Source: Eledone cirrhosa
Lineage: Eukaryota
Length of the DNA stretch: 64,000 nucleotides
NCBI GenBank assembly: GCA_964016885.1
Contig: OZ024758.1
Span: 11,036,001 to 11,100,000 of the forward strand
Direction: 5' to 3'
A program made the position numbers and the translations under genes. This document shows, one piece after another, positions 36,765-50,844 of this stretch. The notes beneath the pieces are model-generated. The model was not told the DNA's origin, did not search any database, and was given only the letters and a program-made list of their open reading frames with translations. Within the stretch, counting starts at the first letter, position 1; each line of letters starts with the position of its first letter.

Positions 36765-36888
36765 TCCACTGAGGAGTTTATAAGAGCCCGCTTGTGTATA
36801 AAACTATGGATTATATACAAGTTTTTACATAACCTGGACATTATTTATCCCAAATTGTAGAAATCTTATAACGAAACAATCGTCTGGA
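36765..36888 (+). ncRNA. Type I hammerhead ribozyme with an extended (about 97-nt) stem II domain
   Basis: UCCA-CUGAGGA-GUUUAUAAGA...UCUUAUAAC-GAAAC[AAUC]GUC-UGGA; G-C closes stem II; internal hairpin CUUGUGUAUAA/UUAUAUACAAG. Confidence 0.75.
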
Positions 36889-39464
36889 AGGAAAGAGATA
36901 TTTATTTAATTATGCCTCATATAAAATAAAACAATCAGCTATCCACGAAATACTGATTAGTTAGCGCCCCAAACAGTAAATTGGGAGAATACTTAAGTAT
37001 ATCCTAATGTTTGTTGAGTGAGATGGAGTTGGTCAGAGTATCGCTTAAGGCTTTCTCTGTTAATGTATTAAATTATATATATATATATATATAAGGGTTA
37101 AAATACTGGAGCGTGTTTGAGTTAAACACCCTCTTCGTATTATAGAAATGACAGTAAAAGGTATAGCTCAATGTAGTTAAACAGAGTTATATATATATAT
37201 ATATATATATATGGGAGAGTGTACAAAGGTGGCTCATAGGAAATGTAGGAAAACACTAAATTACGAAGCAAAACTTTTCAACCATTCTGCTTTGCTTACA
37301 CCTCATGAAAATAAAAAAAAAAAGAAGGAAAATTCACATCTCACACCTATACAGGTTTAGATGGCCTCCTACGAGCTTGTATCCCATAGGAGATTTCTGG
37401 GGTGTTTTAATGATAGGGGCCCCAAGCTCTATCATGAAAAATTAACATGAAATGAAGCATCTTGCTGAAGAACACAACACACACTACCCTAGTAGATGAA
37501 TCGAACCCACTAACTTATAATCACGAGTCCAACACCTTACCCACCTGTCATGCACCTTCACACACTCTATATCCTATATAACAAATAGAAACGGGACAAG
37601 ATAAAGGGTAATTAACATGATCTGCCCATCGTGTTATTAATGGACTAAATATTGGTTTGCTTCTATTAGCCACAAAGATGGTAATAAGATATAGTAAAAA
37701 TCCATAACTTTTCTAAAGATCTTTGTTTACATGTACTTTAAACCGTTCACCTCTTTGCTTTAATATAGGCCACAGCAATAGATAGGACAAGTTGATTAAC
37801 TTCTAGACAAACGGATCTGTCAGCTTAGAAATTAAATTATCAATCACTTCTGTTAATAGAAAGTTCTCTTTCGCAGACAGTGCTAATGTAAATAACCAAT
37901 ATATTTATCTAATAGTGATTTATTCGGCAACTGATAGACATAACAATGGTGTAGTGCCGGATTAAATGCTGAGCTGTAGTTACGTCCCTTTATATCCTGA
38001 CTGAAAATCTTACTGCGGTCGACTTTGCTAATTCTCTGCCTATATGGCTGGGATGAAAGTCAAAGTCATTAGAACGTGCTTTATGGTATTCATTCTGAGT
38101 CTCTTATCTCCGAGTTCAACTCCCACCAAGGTTAACTTTACCATTCGAGGTCAATAAAAAAAAAAAGATACCAGTTTAGTACTGGGTCGATTCTTCCTCA
38201 ATATTCCTTTCTCACTTTCTATCCTTCTCTGGGAGGAATCTTCTGTATTCAGACCTGGAAGGGGGTTGGGTTCTGCCAGGTTTAACAAAATGCCCTGGCA
38301 GCGCCGTATGTCACTACGCCGCTTCTACGACTCCATCGAAAGGCAAAGCTAACCTCACGATGAGGTTAACTTTACCTTTCATTCTTACGAGATCGATAAA
38401 ATAAAGTGCCAGTAACGTACTGGGTCGATTTAATCGACTTTCCCCTCCCTCCAAAATTGGTCGCGTGTCTAAATCAGAAACTATTATATACAGATGTAGA
38501 AGTAAAGAGTTGAGTGTCACCTAACTACGTCAATTTCCTCGATACGGTTTCAATTCCAGATTAAAACAATTTCATTTCATTTATGCCATACTAATGACCT
38601 TTGAACAAACATTACCATCACAACATTTCGTTTTAACCACCTAAAAGACAAAGGGGAACCAATGTTTCTTGTGAGAGCAACGATAAACAAGAATTGAGAT
38701 CACAGCAAAGAATATCTACAAAATCAAGTTTCGAGTCATTGTTATTATATTTCCATCATTTCCGACCAAACAACCTCTCGTCTCCCTGGTTCTATAATAC
38801 TAGACTGCTTCTTTTAAAGTGTTTATATCTATATTACAAAACTTAGTTTTATATAGAGTTTATTCGACTATATCTAAAATCCTTCCATTGTAGTTTCATG
38901 TGAGCAACTTTGTTAAGTTATGTTCCAAACAGCTTAATAATTAAAAGTTTAATTATATTACTAAATATTTCAAAATTCTTTATTATTTGCAAACTTATTT
39001 AAAAATCAAAAACAATGACTTTCATTAGAAATACGGCAACGAAGAGGTTGAAAATATACAAAGTTTGTAAATGCTTGTACCGATTAAAAGCCGTATGGTT
39101 CTATGATACTAAGTTGTTTATTTTAAAATGGTTATATTTATCTAAAACAAAAGTTTATTATATATCAGAACTTTTGTTAAGTTATGTTCCAAACACCAGC
39201 TTTTTTAATGAAAAGGTTAGCTGTATGCAAATTCTTGATTACTTTCGAAATGTTCCCCAGCATAGCTCCAGCCGACAGGCTGGAACACGTAATAGAGTGT
39301 CTTACATTAGAAATAAGATAACAAAAAATTAAATTTAAATAGTAATGAAAAAGTAACTTTTAAGAAACATACCTTGTCTAACTTTTCTGTTTATCAAAAT
39401 GGAATGAAATGTACTTCCTCTTGTCCATCTAACACTACACAATTGACTATATATATATATATAT

Positions 39465-39714
39465 CTAGGGCGGGTAAAATTCCCGAGATCCATGGACGAG
39501 TTCTCTTCAGCGGTCTCTGTCCCTCATTATCGCTGCCATGTCCTGCGTCTCCAACAGACCAGTGTCTGTCTTTATGCATCAACATACGTTAACCTTGGTC
39601 TTCCTCTTCCAGTGTGTCCATGTAGGGGCTCCCACAGGAGCACTGAGTGCAGGATGTCGGTGAGCATGTCCAGCTAACCTCAGTCTCCTCTGTGTCACTT
39701 TTGAGCTGACTTTT

Positions 39715-39716
<2 letters not shown>
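39465..39716 (-). mobile_element. 3' end of an RTE-clade LINE, same family as 30311-30460, with frameshifts
   Basis: minus strand reads SSKVTQRRLRLAGHAHRHP / VLLWEPLHGHTGRGRPRLTYVDA...; flanked by (TA)n. Confidence 0.85.
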
Positions 39717-39754
<38 letters not shown>

Positions 39755-40589
39755 ATCAATAGACATCATGGTGAAAATTGAAGAATTAAACTAACATCTT
39801 GTAAAGTGACAATAAAAATGTGTAGATATTTCTTACTTCCCTTTGTTCATGTTGAAACTCATTAATGTTGGAATTGACGTTTTTCCGGATGAAACACGGC
39901 AGACGATAATAAAGTTTATGCGATAAAATAGTTCTAAACTCTAAAGACAAGAAACAGTTAAATAATAGAAATAATCGGGCTGAAAATTAAGCGACAGTCT
40001 TGCGACAATGGCTCTAAAAATTTACACACCGTATTGCGACAGTCTTGTGATAATGGCCCTATAAATTGACACACCGTGTTCTGTTACAATACACGCTTAT
40101 TTGTATTTATTTGTTCATACACAATTATAGTCTAATTTTTATGGCGATATCCAATTACTTCGACTTGGCTTCAGTTTTATAGGAGAGAGAAAAAAGATTG
40201 TCTAGTGTAGTGGGCTTACATTTTCAATATTTACCATCAATAAAAATAAAGTTAATTTGGTAGCAATCTCACATAGTTCAGGTTTTAATCCGATTGTGTG
40301 ACCCCTTGAACATGTTTCTTCTTTTACCATAGTTTTAGATCAACCTAAGACTTATGAAGGAAATTGTCGAGATCAGTAGTTAGAAACATTTTCAATCTTA
40401 AGAACCATGTTTTTATATTAAAAATATAATAATTCATTATAATATTCTGCATAATAATTTATCATAAACATAAATAGGAAGCTTCAGCCTTAGAAACTTT
40501 TGTGTATTTGCTTCAATGTCTGAATCGTAAGTAACACTTTTTATTTTAATATATTATATGTACTTAAAAGTCTAAAGTCTGTCACAATT

Positions 40590-40825
40590 CCGGAGGCTCA
40601 TTAGGCTGGTGCTGACCCCGGTTTTCGTGGCGTGAAGCGACTCACCCCTGGACATCGCAGGGTTAAACTCCCCAGCTATTGCCGGTACTCATTTTTAGCT
40701 GAGAATACTGGAGAAACGTGAAACAAAGTGTTTTGCTCAAGAACACACCACACAACTCAGTTCCAGAATCGAACCCACGACGTTATGATCGTAAATCCAA
40801 CACCCTTACCACTAAGCCACGCGTT
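40590..40825 (-). mobile_element. tRNA-derived SINE family S2, near full length
   Basis: GGTACTCATTTTTAGCTGAG...AAGTGTTTTGCTCAAGAACAC...GAATCGAACCC...ACCACTAAGCCACGC. Confidence 0.8.
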
Positions 40826-40967
40826 TCATGTACTAGTAAATAAATGTAAAGAAAGCGTTTGTATGATATAAGGGAAGTAATATTACAACTTATACAAGGG
40901 AAATAATCCATACTGATTTATAGATTTCCGACTCTTGTTAATGAAAGGTGAACATTTTTTTTAGACA

Positions 40968-41274
40968 TTAAACCTTTCGTTACCATATTTCTAATGAGAT
41001 GCATAGCTAATATATTTAAACCTTTCGTTACCATATTTCTGAGAAATATAGTTGATGTATTTCATTTAAATGTGAAATGTGAAAATGAACCAAATTTGTT
41101 AGGATTTAGTAAATTAAGTAAATTTATATTTATTAAGCTGCTATTTATAACATTACTTTAAAAATTGTCATGGAAGGTTTTGTGGGTTCACATGAGTATA
41201 AGTACTTAAAAACTGGTATTTGTGTATGATATAATGGGGGAGGTTTCGGGTGGTGTTGGTAACGACAGGATTAA
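40968..41274. mobile_element. piggyBac-like MITE with a duplicated left end
   Basis: TTAA-ACCTTTCGTTACCA ... TGGTAACGACAGGA-TTAA; left end repeated at about 41016. Confidence 0.7.
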
Positions 41275-41545
41275 TGGAGAGAGAAAGAAGGAACAACAAC
41301 GAAATAATTAATCTAATTTTTTAGCAATTTATTTGGAATATGGATGATGATAAAACACTGAATCAAAAGAGAAAGCCAAAGTTTTAGTGAGTGTTGGGTA
41401 TTGTTAAGTGGTTTGTGAGTGACCTTTAATAATAGGTTGATATGATAGGTGACAGTATAGCTTGACAAGTTTAGTTCTAAAGACAGCAAAAGATATATAT
41501 AATATATGTGTGTGAAGATATATAAATATATATATATGTGTGTGG

Positions 41546-41580
<35 letters not shown>

Positions 41581-41588
41581 TGTGTGTG

Positions 41589-41626
<38 letters not shown>

Positions 41627-41629
<3 letters not shown>

Positions 41630-41775
41630 GAAAAGAGTCAGGACACCGACAGCTGAGCTCCGGCCATTTCGACAGCTAGATCCGAACTAAGATATTACCC
41701 ACTCTACTACTCTAAGTATTGAGTACTCTGGTGTGTTATGGTCCACCTGGTATCTTACCACATTTTCTTTGTTAT
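41627..41775. mobile_element. Family C element with its two parts in opposite orientation (5' inversion)
   Basis: hammerhead-half segment 41630-41690 joined to the reverse-oriented tail ATTACCCACTCTACTAC...ACCACATTTTC. Confidence 0.75.
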
Positions 41776-41820
41776 ATATAAATATATATATATATATATA
41801 TGTATATAAGTAATAATGAT

Positions 41821-42030
41821 AAATGTGAAGACTAAAATCCAAAGAGGGCTCGATAAGGATAAATATATATCAAATATATAAGAACCCTAGAGCAAATATT
41901 TATTAAAATAACAGATTAAAGTTTAAGCAAAGAATATCTGCTTTCATCCTTAACGGGATCTTCAGAAGATCCATTAATGATGAAAGCAGCGATTCTTTGC
42001 TTGAACTTTAATCTGTTATTTTAATAAATA
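41821..42030 (-). mobile_element. Family D hammerhead fold-back element; its tail recurs inverted at 61363-61408
   Basis: 66-bp inverted arms around GATCTTC-A-GAAGATC; minus strand UU-CUGAAGA-UCC[CGUUAA]GGA-U-GAA-AGCA[GAUAUUCUU]UGCU-U-AAAC; stem I truncated by the inversion. Confidence 0.7.
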
Positions 42031-42032
42031 TA

Positions 42033-42074
<42 letters not shown>

Positions 42075-43101
42075 CAATAAAGGATCTGAGGCTATATCCA
42101 GTTGGTTCCGGTTTATTTAAAATCTGTTATATATATATACAACCGGCAGACTATAAGGTGGTCCACACATCCCTGTTTGGTTAACCCCATGCGAAGCCCT
42201 TAAAACGGATAATATAACAAAGGGCTGGAAACTAGGGAATTATTACATAAGCAATTAAAACAGGTAATATGGTATGCAATGGGGCCAGAACTTAGGGTGC
42301 CAGGAAAGCAGTGTTGTAGCTGTATTAGCGAGAAATAAAGGGACATATTTCAGTGAGAGGGTGGGGGTGGCTTATCAAGGTTGCTAGGTTACTGAAATAA
42401 GGAAAAAATGGGAGAAGGGGAGGGGAGAAAATTCCAGAAATTTCTTTTTTTTTCCAGATAAATTCTTTCACAGGTTCTTAAGGTTTATTGAATTTTTTTT
42501 CTAATCAATAAAATGTTTTGATTTCTAACCTTTTTTTGTGTTTGTTTTCTAGTTATTGTTTTATTTGTGTTGTTGGTTTTTTTTTTTATTTTGTGAGATA
42601 TTTAGATTCTATTTTGATATTTAATTAATTCTGAATAAATATATTTCCAAAAATGAATAATTAGTATAAATACTATATCTGATTCCATCTACTTTTATTT
42701 ATATTAAATTTCTTTTGCAAAGTACACAATAAATAAATTAAAACATTCTTCACTTATGTTTATAAATGAAGATATATATACATACATAGAACATGCATAC
42801 ATGCATATATATATATACACACACACACAACATGCATGCATGCATATAATATATATAAATATATATATATAAACCCTTGCTAGCAGAGAAAGTGGACATT
42901 AAAACGATGATGATATATATACACACACATATATATATATATATATACACATATATATATAAATATATATATATATACACACATATATATATATATATAA
43001 ATATATATATACACACATATATATATAAATATATATATATATACACACACATATATATATAAATATATATATATATACACACATATATATATATACACAC
43101 A

Positions 43102-43138
<37 letters not shown>

Positions 43139-43142
<4 letters not shown>

Positions 43143-43184
43143 GGCTTCTACAAGACTAGAACTGTTTCATTCGAAGGAAATCAT
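43139..43184 (-). mobile_element. Family A hammerhead fragment
   Basis: AUGA-U-UUC[CUUC]GAA-U-GAAACAGUUCUAGUCUUGUAGAAGCC; 5' part of the core is missing. Confidence 0.7.
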
Positions 43185-43550
43185 ACAAACATATAAACAA
43201 GGTGACCCAAAATTCACATAACTCCATCCATCAACGCACAAGGACCTTAAATATGTCTTCAAGTCTGTATGAAACTGTGTTTGGGAGGAATGGGCTGGAA
43301 GACCTTAATAATTTCTAACATAGATAGACACAATACTAGAAATTTAGGTAGGTAGGTTGGGAACAAGTGATCATATTAACCCTAGTAATTGACTGGTATT
43401 TTATTTGATTGACTCCTGGATGAATGAAAGACAAAGTTCAACTCGGTGGGATTTGAACTTATAACAAACATTTAGAACAAAACCCATAAAGTTTGATGAT
43501 CCAGCAATGTCTGCTAGTCCACAAATGAAGTATTATTGGATTAGCAGCAT

Positions 43551-43840
43551 CATCAGAGCAGTAAACCAGAGCAGTGAACCGAAGCAGTAAACCAGAACTG
43601 GGACCATAACAGTGAACCAGGCCAGTGAACCTAAGCAGTGAACCAGAGCTGTGAACCTAAGCAGTGAACCAGAGCTGTGAACCAGGTCAGTGAATCAGAG
43701 CAGTGAACCAGGTCAGTGAACCAGAGCTGTGAACCTAAGCAGTGAACCAGGTCAGTGAACCAGAGCTGTGAACCTAAGCAGTGAACCAGGTCAGTGAACC
43801 AGAGCAGCGAACCACAGTATTTGTACAACTGTGAACCAAA
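43551..43840. repeat. About 12-bp minisatellite (AGAGCAGTGAACC variants)
   Basis: direct reading. Confidence 0.9.
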
Positions 43841-44127
43841 TATTCCAGTATTTGTACCTTCTTGTTATATCTTCTTCATCACCCACTTATTCCTGAGAAG
43901 GTCGTGGGGGCAGAGTCCTTAAACATGCCCTCCAGCAGGTCCTCGCAGGACTCTTTATGTTCACAGTTCAGTTCAAATCCTACTCTGGTCAAACATTTCT
44001 TTTCATCCTCCCTGTGTCAATAAAATAAGGTACCAGTCAACTACTGGGGTAGATATTGACTTCCCCTCTCCTCCACCAAAATTGCTGACCTTCTCCTTAC
44101 ATTAGATACCATTATTATCATAAATTA

Positions 44128-44318
44128 GGGCAGTGGATTGGCAGTATCAGTAGAGGGTCGGACGCCATGCTTTCTAGCATAGAGTTACGTCCCTTTACGG
44201 ACTGAGTTCAAATCCCTCCAAGGTTAACTTTGCCTTTCATCCTTACGGGGGTCGATAAAATAAAGTACCAGTAATGTACTGGGTAATTGCTGGCCTTGTG
44301 CCAAAAGTAGAAACAATT
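44128..44318 (+). mobile_element. Full-length young SINE S1 with target-site duplication; an older copy lies at 43965-44110
   Basis: complete consensus GGGCAGTGGATTGGCAG...GTAGAAACA flanked by ATTATCATAAATTA on both sides. Confidence 0.92.
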
Positions 44319-44697
44319 ATCATAAATTATGTTTATTACAACCACAATCATGTTTTTCTCAAGTGTAGAATCCACACCAAACAGTAACCTATATTTTAAT
44401 TGGTCTCCAGGAGGGAACTAACTTAGATTCTACATTAGCACCTTGCAAAGTCTAAAGCCTGTCTAAAGCCTTTAGGGGAGGTTTTGTTGTTGTTGTTTTA
44501 CAGAAATTAGGGTGCTTAGTGATAAGATTTAATTAATGTAATTATTTATAAAGTAAACAATAACAAGTTGTTTATTTTACGAAAAGAGAGACAAAAAAAA
44601 TGTAGTAAAATAAAAAGGAAAGAATATTAAAAAATTTCCGTTACATTTTCAGATAATCTCTGTTATTAGTTCACAAGAAGACTATTATTATTAGTAT

Positions 44698-44733
<36 letters not shown>

Positions 44734-47107
44734 GTGTTGGTGCTGAAACTTCAACAATGTTTGGTTTCTTTGATTTTTTTATATAATTTATTCCAGTATT
44801 TAGTAACAATAGGTTAAATGTTTGGTGTGGAAACTGTTGGACTTATCTGAGGGAACTGTAACCTCATATAAGAACTGACACTGTGATAATAGTGATGGTG
44901 GTGGTTGTGATGGTGACAATGGTGGTGATGGTAGTGGTGGTGGTGGTATGGGGGTGGTGGTTGTATTGGTATGGAGGTGGTGGTAGTGGTGATGATAGTG
45001 TTTATGGTAATAATGATGATGATGATGGTGGTGGTGGTGGTGGTGGTTTAGAGAAAGAAACAAAAGGGAGGGGTTAGAATAAACAATGATTAAATAAATG
45101 TATAAATATTTGTTAAATGAAAAAATACCTTAGAAAGTTGCTTGATGAAGTTTTATTCCAAGAGGTTTTACACATTAAGATCTTTAATTCTTCCAATAAA
45201 TATTCTAGAGAAACTGAAGCAAAACTTTGAATATATCATAAAACGGTTACATAGATTCTTGTTGTTATATATCTGAGTATTTCTCTGTGTAGTATAATTG
45301 TCTAGTGTGTATGTGTAGTGTATGTAGTTGTGTAGTATGTGAGTGGTGTGTGTGTGTGTGTGCGTAACAGAGAGAATGAAAAAGAAAGAAGAGTTCTCTT
45401 CCACTATGTAGTCTAAAGAGTTATTTCCCCTTACAATGTTTCAAAATGTAACTTACAACACACCAGACGTCGCAGTGCTGGTATCACAGGTCTGGTAGGT
45501 TTAAGGGAGATAACTCTATAAATATCTGCTCAAATAATCACAATATTCTTCGTTACATCATTATATATAGAGAGAGAGGGAATACTATCAATAAAATGAT
45601 TGATAAACACTGCTACAAGCCGTGTACGTTTCAAGAGTTGGTATAGAGAGTAAATCGACACTTTAGAATATCTCTCTATTTCAGATCATCGAGAGGAAAT
45701 GACACTTTCGCTAACTGTCGTAAATCTTTGATAATTTCTCTTAAGTTTGTAACATTCGCTATATAAATAAAGCCTGATCCTGCAAACCTATCATCAAATC
45801 GATTCCGGACATGACTATCCCGTCTTTTTTTTTTTTTGTTTTTATCTGTCCGACTTTCATACCAGATATATACAGAAATTGTCAAATGTGTCATTTTTAA
45901 TTCATGATCTTAAATCGAAAGAACGTCGATATTTTAGTTTATGGCACCGTACCCCTTCTCTCCACATCTACTCTGGGATAGTGACAGGCAAACAAATGAC
46001 TAACATAATTTTTAATTCTCCACCCCCTCAAGAAAACGTGTGTGTGTATATATAAATATATACACACACACAGAGCTGGACAGCAGCAAGTCTTCAAAGA
46101 ACCCCCCCCCCCCTCCTCACACACACCTCAAGCAAGTGTTTCAGCCTTTAACTTTCTATAACACATTAAACAACTTACACCTCTCCAGTGGGGGACTAAA
46201 AGAAATTTTGTGAATTTATCACATATTTTAATTTGTAAAATATTAATAAATACATAATAAATAATGATGGAATCTTATTCAGCTTGGCAATGAGTATTGA
46301 GTTCTTTTAACTCGTGATTTAATATATAAGTGGTTGAATTTCCATACAGAACCAGCTGGACAGATTTTATGGGTAAAACCAGCTTGGCAGGAGACCCAGA
46401 ACAAGATGGTTAGATAACATCCATGAGTTCAGTTGGTCTCAATTGAAGCGAGTTGCTTCTGATAGGACCTTGTGGATGGTATCCCTGGGAGGTCTCCCTG
46501 TGGACTTAGCCTCCACAAACCTCCTCCCAGGAATAAGTGGACAAAGAAGAAAAACCAGCGTAGATAGATAGATAGATAGATAGACAGATAGATGCATAAG
46601 CTGAAGACTAGAAGGAACAGAAACATATCAGTTTGGAATCAAAGTTTATTTCTTTTTACATGGAAGAATGTGTGTGTGTATGTGTACATGTTTGTGAGTG
46701 TATGTGTACATGTTTATGAGTGTATGTGTATACACATGCATGTGTGAATATGTAACTGTTTGTTTGTTTTATTAGTTTACCCAAGGAGTTAAGGGTAGTG
46801 TCCAGGACCCGATTAAGGGTCTCTGGGACTAAGTAAACCAAATCTTGCCCCGAATGTTTGCAACAGCGGGAACACTACAAAACACACCTGTGGACAGGGC
46901 GGTGGTGTTAAACCAGGTGATAGCGGTCTATGTGTGTATGTGTCTGTGTGTAATGATTAACTACATTTGTGTATGTGACAATGTATATCAAGTACTCAAT
47001 ATGGATGATAGTGATACTATTTATACCAATATCTATATATGAATGAACATCTTTTAATAACCCAGCTGTAAGTGTGCATATGTGTACACAGATATATATA
47101 TATATAT

Positions 47108-47304
47108 CAGATAGGGTGTGGTAAAAACCAGCTAGACCATAACCCACCAGAGTACTCAATACTTGGGGTAGTAGAGTGGGTAATATGAAAAGATTCGGGA
47201 CACTGACAGCTGAGCTCTGGCCATTTTGACAGCTAGATCCAAACTAAAGCATATCTAGCTGTCAAAACGGTCAGAGCTCAGCTGTCGGAGTCCTGAATCT
47301 TTTC

Positions 47305-47307
<3 letters not shown>
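47108..47307 (-). mobile_element. Diverged family C fold-back element
   Basis: tail CCAGAGTACTCAATACTTGGGGTAGTAGAGTGGG plus inverted arms around AGCTAGAT..ATCTAGCT. Confidence 0.8.
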
Positions 47308-47343
<36 letters not shown>

Positions 47344-47348
47344 TACAG

Positions 47349-47557
47349 CTGTATATACTCAAATATAAGCCGATATGAATATAAGCCAATTCCACTATTT
47401 TATGTTTGAGAAATGGACAAAAATCCAAGCCTTATTGACGTAGAATTTGAAGTTGGTGAAAATCTTCAAAATATTGATCCCAAATAAAAACCACCTCCAC
47501 TTCTACCATCGATATATGCGGTCACATATACCTCACCTTATAATCGAGTAAATACAA
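47349..47557. mobile_element. Tc1/mariner-superfamily (Tc2/pogo-like) MITE
   Basis: termini CTGTATATACTCAAATATAAG / CTTATAATCGAGTAAATACAA resemble the CCGTATATACTCGAGTATAAG inverted repeat. Confidence 0.6.
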
Positions 47558-48211
47558 TATATATTTATCAATAGATGGTTTCCCCCCCCAGATTTTCACA
47601 CACCAATATTGTAGCCTCCAACTGAGTTAAATACTTTTGTTGATCTATAAACTGTATTTCTACACAGAATAATGTTGCCACTATAAGCCAAGTACTACTC
47701 AAATCACACCCTTTCAAAAATATATATATGTATCTATGTACGTACCTACTGCCAAACAAGCTTCTATTTCTATCTGGAATTCTATAAATTTAGCAGTTTT
47801 TATTTACAGGTGCTTCTATAGATTGCGTATATCTAAGTATTTACAAAAATTACTGTTTTATATATACATTATATATATATATGTAAAACAATCAACTGAC
47901 TAAACACCAATCTTCATTTTTTGTTTTCATTGTTCAACATACATACACACATATATATATATAGCTGCTCCAAATACAAACAGGCAAATATTTTTTATAA
48001 TCTATAAGATGCAATTACACCCAGCAGTACAATGGGTTTAAAAGTCAAGGGGTCAGCTTTAGGATAATAGAACATTTCTCTCAACAAGGCCCTACATCTG
48101 TTTTTTTTTTGTGAGAATGTACCGTTCAATGAACCCTTTAACACAATTTCTTCCTTTTTCACTTCTATACAATTTTGTGTATGCATATATATATAAATAT
48201 ATATATACATA

Positions 48212-48265
<54 letters not shown>

Positions 48266-49887
48266 AATATATATATAAATATAAATATATAGATATATAT
48301 ATATAAATATATATATATATAGCTTAGATCCTCTTGGTAGCTTCCACAATTATCCTTGCTTTACAGGACCTGCTAAAGACCTTGGTTTGGTGCTCTGAGA
48401 GAGAGAGAAACCTACCAAAACATTCTCCAATTTAGTCCTGCTTCTCATAAGAGCTGACTCTGGCTTTAGTAAATTTAGATATAATACATATCACAAAAAA
48501 AAACCCAGAGAAGATATATATATATATATATATATATCATCTAAAATAAGAATTAAATTAAAATTAAATAAAATGTTGATAGATCTTTAAACAATATTTA
48601 TTTGATATAATCTAATTGCTAAGATGCAGAAAGACGTCTTAAAAAAAAGAAAAAATGACGTAACATAAACATTTCAGCAAACATCTTTCTTTTTCTTTCT
48701 TTTTATTATTTATTAATTCTTTGTTTTGTTTTGTGGGGCTTTTTTTTTTTTGTTCTTGCACAGCAAATGGTCATCAATCACAAAGCAAGGCCCCCCCCCA
48801 CAACTCTCTCCAAAAAAAGGGGGCCACTAATCAGCACTTGGTTGCCAAAAAAAAAAAAAAAAAAGGAAAAGAAAAAGAACAAACCACATTTGTCGGGTGT
48901 TTTTTTTTAAACCACCCAGATTATTTGGTAGCAAGAGGCGAGAGTATAAGTTTCTTATGTAGCCTACATGATGAGGTAATCACAACAGAAATAAAAACTA
49001 AAGAAAAACTGCTTCAAGATAATAAATACATAATATATTTAGATTACTGTGGACTTACTGAATTACTGAATGCCAGGTCACAGGAATTAATAACAAATAA
49101 AGCAATAAAGCTCTTTGATTCAGTGACCATTTTTTTTACATCATAACATATTGAACTTTCCCAATATTTCATAGGTCAATACATAACGACAGAAAAATAC
49201 CATTTTTACACTTTCATTTCTAAGAAATTTCTCATAAGATTTACACTTTCAAATCAAATCATTTTCCTTTATATTTTGAAAGTCTTTTCCTTTATATTTT
49301 CAAAGTCTTTTCTATATTTAAATAAAGAGAAACACTAATAAAACAAATGTCCATTCTATGAAGGAAGAAGTGAGAAAGAGTCACTACTGTGGTTGTTTTT
49401 GTAATGTTTTTTGTTGTTTTTCAGTCCTCACAAATTCAAATTAAAAAAATTTTTAATTTTATTTTATTTTTTCCCTTCTTTTCTTTTAGTCACCAAAATA
49501 GACCAATGTCAGCAACAACAAGAATATATGTGTGTATTAGTATATATGTGTGCAAGTATGTATTTATGTATGTATAAGTGTTTGTGTGTGTGGTGTATTT
49601 ATGTATGTATAAGTGTTTGTGTGTGTGTGTATTTATGTATGTATAAGTGTTTGTGTGTGTATTTATGTAATTATAAGAGTGTGTAGATGAAGAAAAAAGG
49701 AAATAAGGTGTCAACGTTGTCCAGTGTTTACATATTTCTGTTTAAAAACAAATGTTTGTGATAAGGAGAAAGGAAAGAAACATTACCCCCCCCCCCCAAC
49801 CAACTGCCATCTTTCATTTTCTTACAGACCAACCATTATCTTTCATTATATATATATATATATATATATTCTTTAATTTCTTATTCT

Positions 49888-49925
49888 ATTTTCTGATGAA
49901 GGACTAGCGTCGAAAACGTTAAAAC
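49888..49925 (+). ncRNA. Candidate minimal hammerhead ribozyme, slightly degenerate
   Basis: UUUU-CUGAUGA-AG-GAC[UAGC]GUC-GAAAACGUU-AAAA; palindromic AACGUU; register around GAAA is imperfect. Confidence 0.5.
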
Positions 49926-50008
49926 TCTTTTCCTACTATATCAAGCATAAAACTAATATATTTCTTCATTGCACTGTGTCATTTGCTTTATTTCAGTTTA
50001 GCTTTTGT

Positions 50009-50042
<34 letters not shown>

Positions 50043-50044
<2 letters not shown>

Positions 50045-50232
50045 CAAAGGAATTGTGGTAAGGAACTAAATGGACCATAACGCACCAGAGTACTCAATAC
50101 TTAGGGTAGTAGAGTGGGAAATAGGAAAACGTATGACCCCGACAGCAGAGCTCAAGCCGTTTCGAAGACTATTTCCAGAAATAGCCATCGAAACGGCTTG
50201 AGCTCTGCCGTCGGGTCATACTTTTTCCTATA
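50043..50232 (-). mobile_element. Family C fold-back element
   Basis: homologous to 30517 and 35082; arms around CTATTTC-CA-GAAATAG; CGAAACGGCTTGAGCTCTGCCGTCGGG. Confidence 0.8.
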
Positions 50233-50844
50233 TATATATATGAGAGATAGAGAGAATAAGATATGTAGAAGATATTAAATATTTTGGCAAACAAACTTTA
50301 GAAAGGAAAAGATATAAAAAAAACTCCTAAAAAGCTGTCCAGAAAGTTCTTCATACAATTCTGGATACAAATTACTGAAACACATGATTAGAATTGAAGC
50401 AGGGGCAGCAGATATGGATTCTAGATAGCTCTGATTTATTAGAAGTGATATTGTCGAGGTCAGTTAAATGACACTGAGACACAAGTTGAAGATTAATTAA
50501 GCTGAGTTGGTTGGTCGGTTGATGATCGATTAGGTCAGTTGGATGAAGGTGACTATGTTGTAAGTCCTGAAACAGCCAGTAACTTCAGAAAATAACACTG
50601 ATGATGTATGCGTCCTGTCCAGGGTGTTTTGCAAGAAAAGAGCCACCAAGAACAAAGAAATGATAGAAAGAGGACATAAATATTTCTCTAGCTAAAAGAA
50701 GCTGTCTGGTAGAGTCATAATCAGAACGATGTTACTAGGACTCCACGATATTTTACTGATGCAGACAATATTTGCATCCATAGATTTACAACAAACATGA
50801 AAAGATTAATGATTTATTATTCTTATCCCCAACAATTGTAAATA

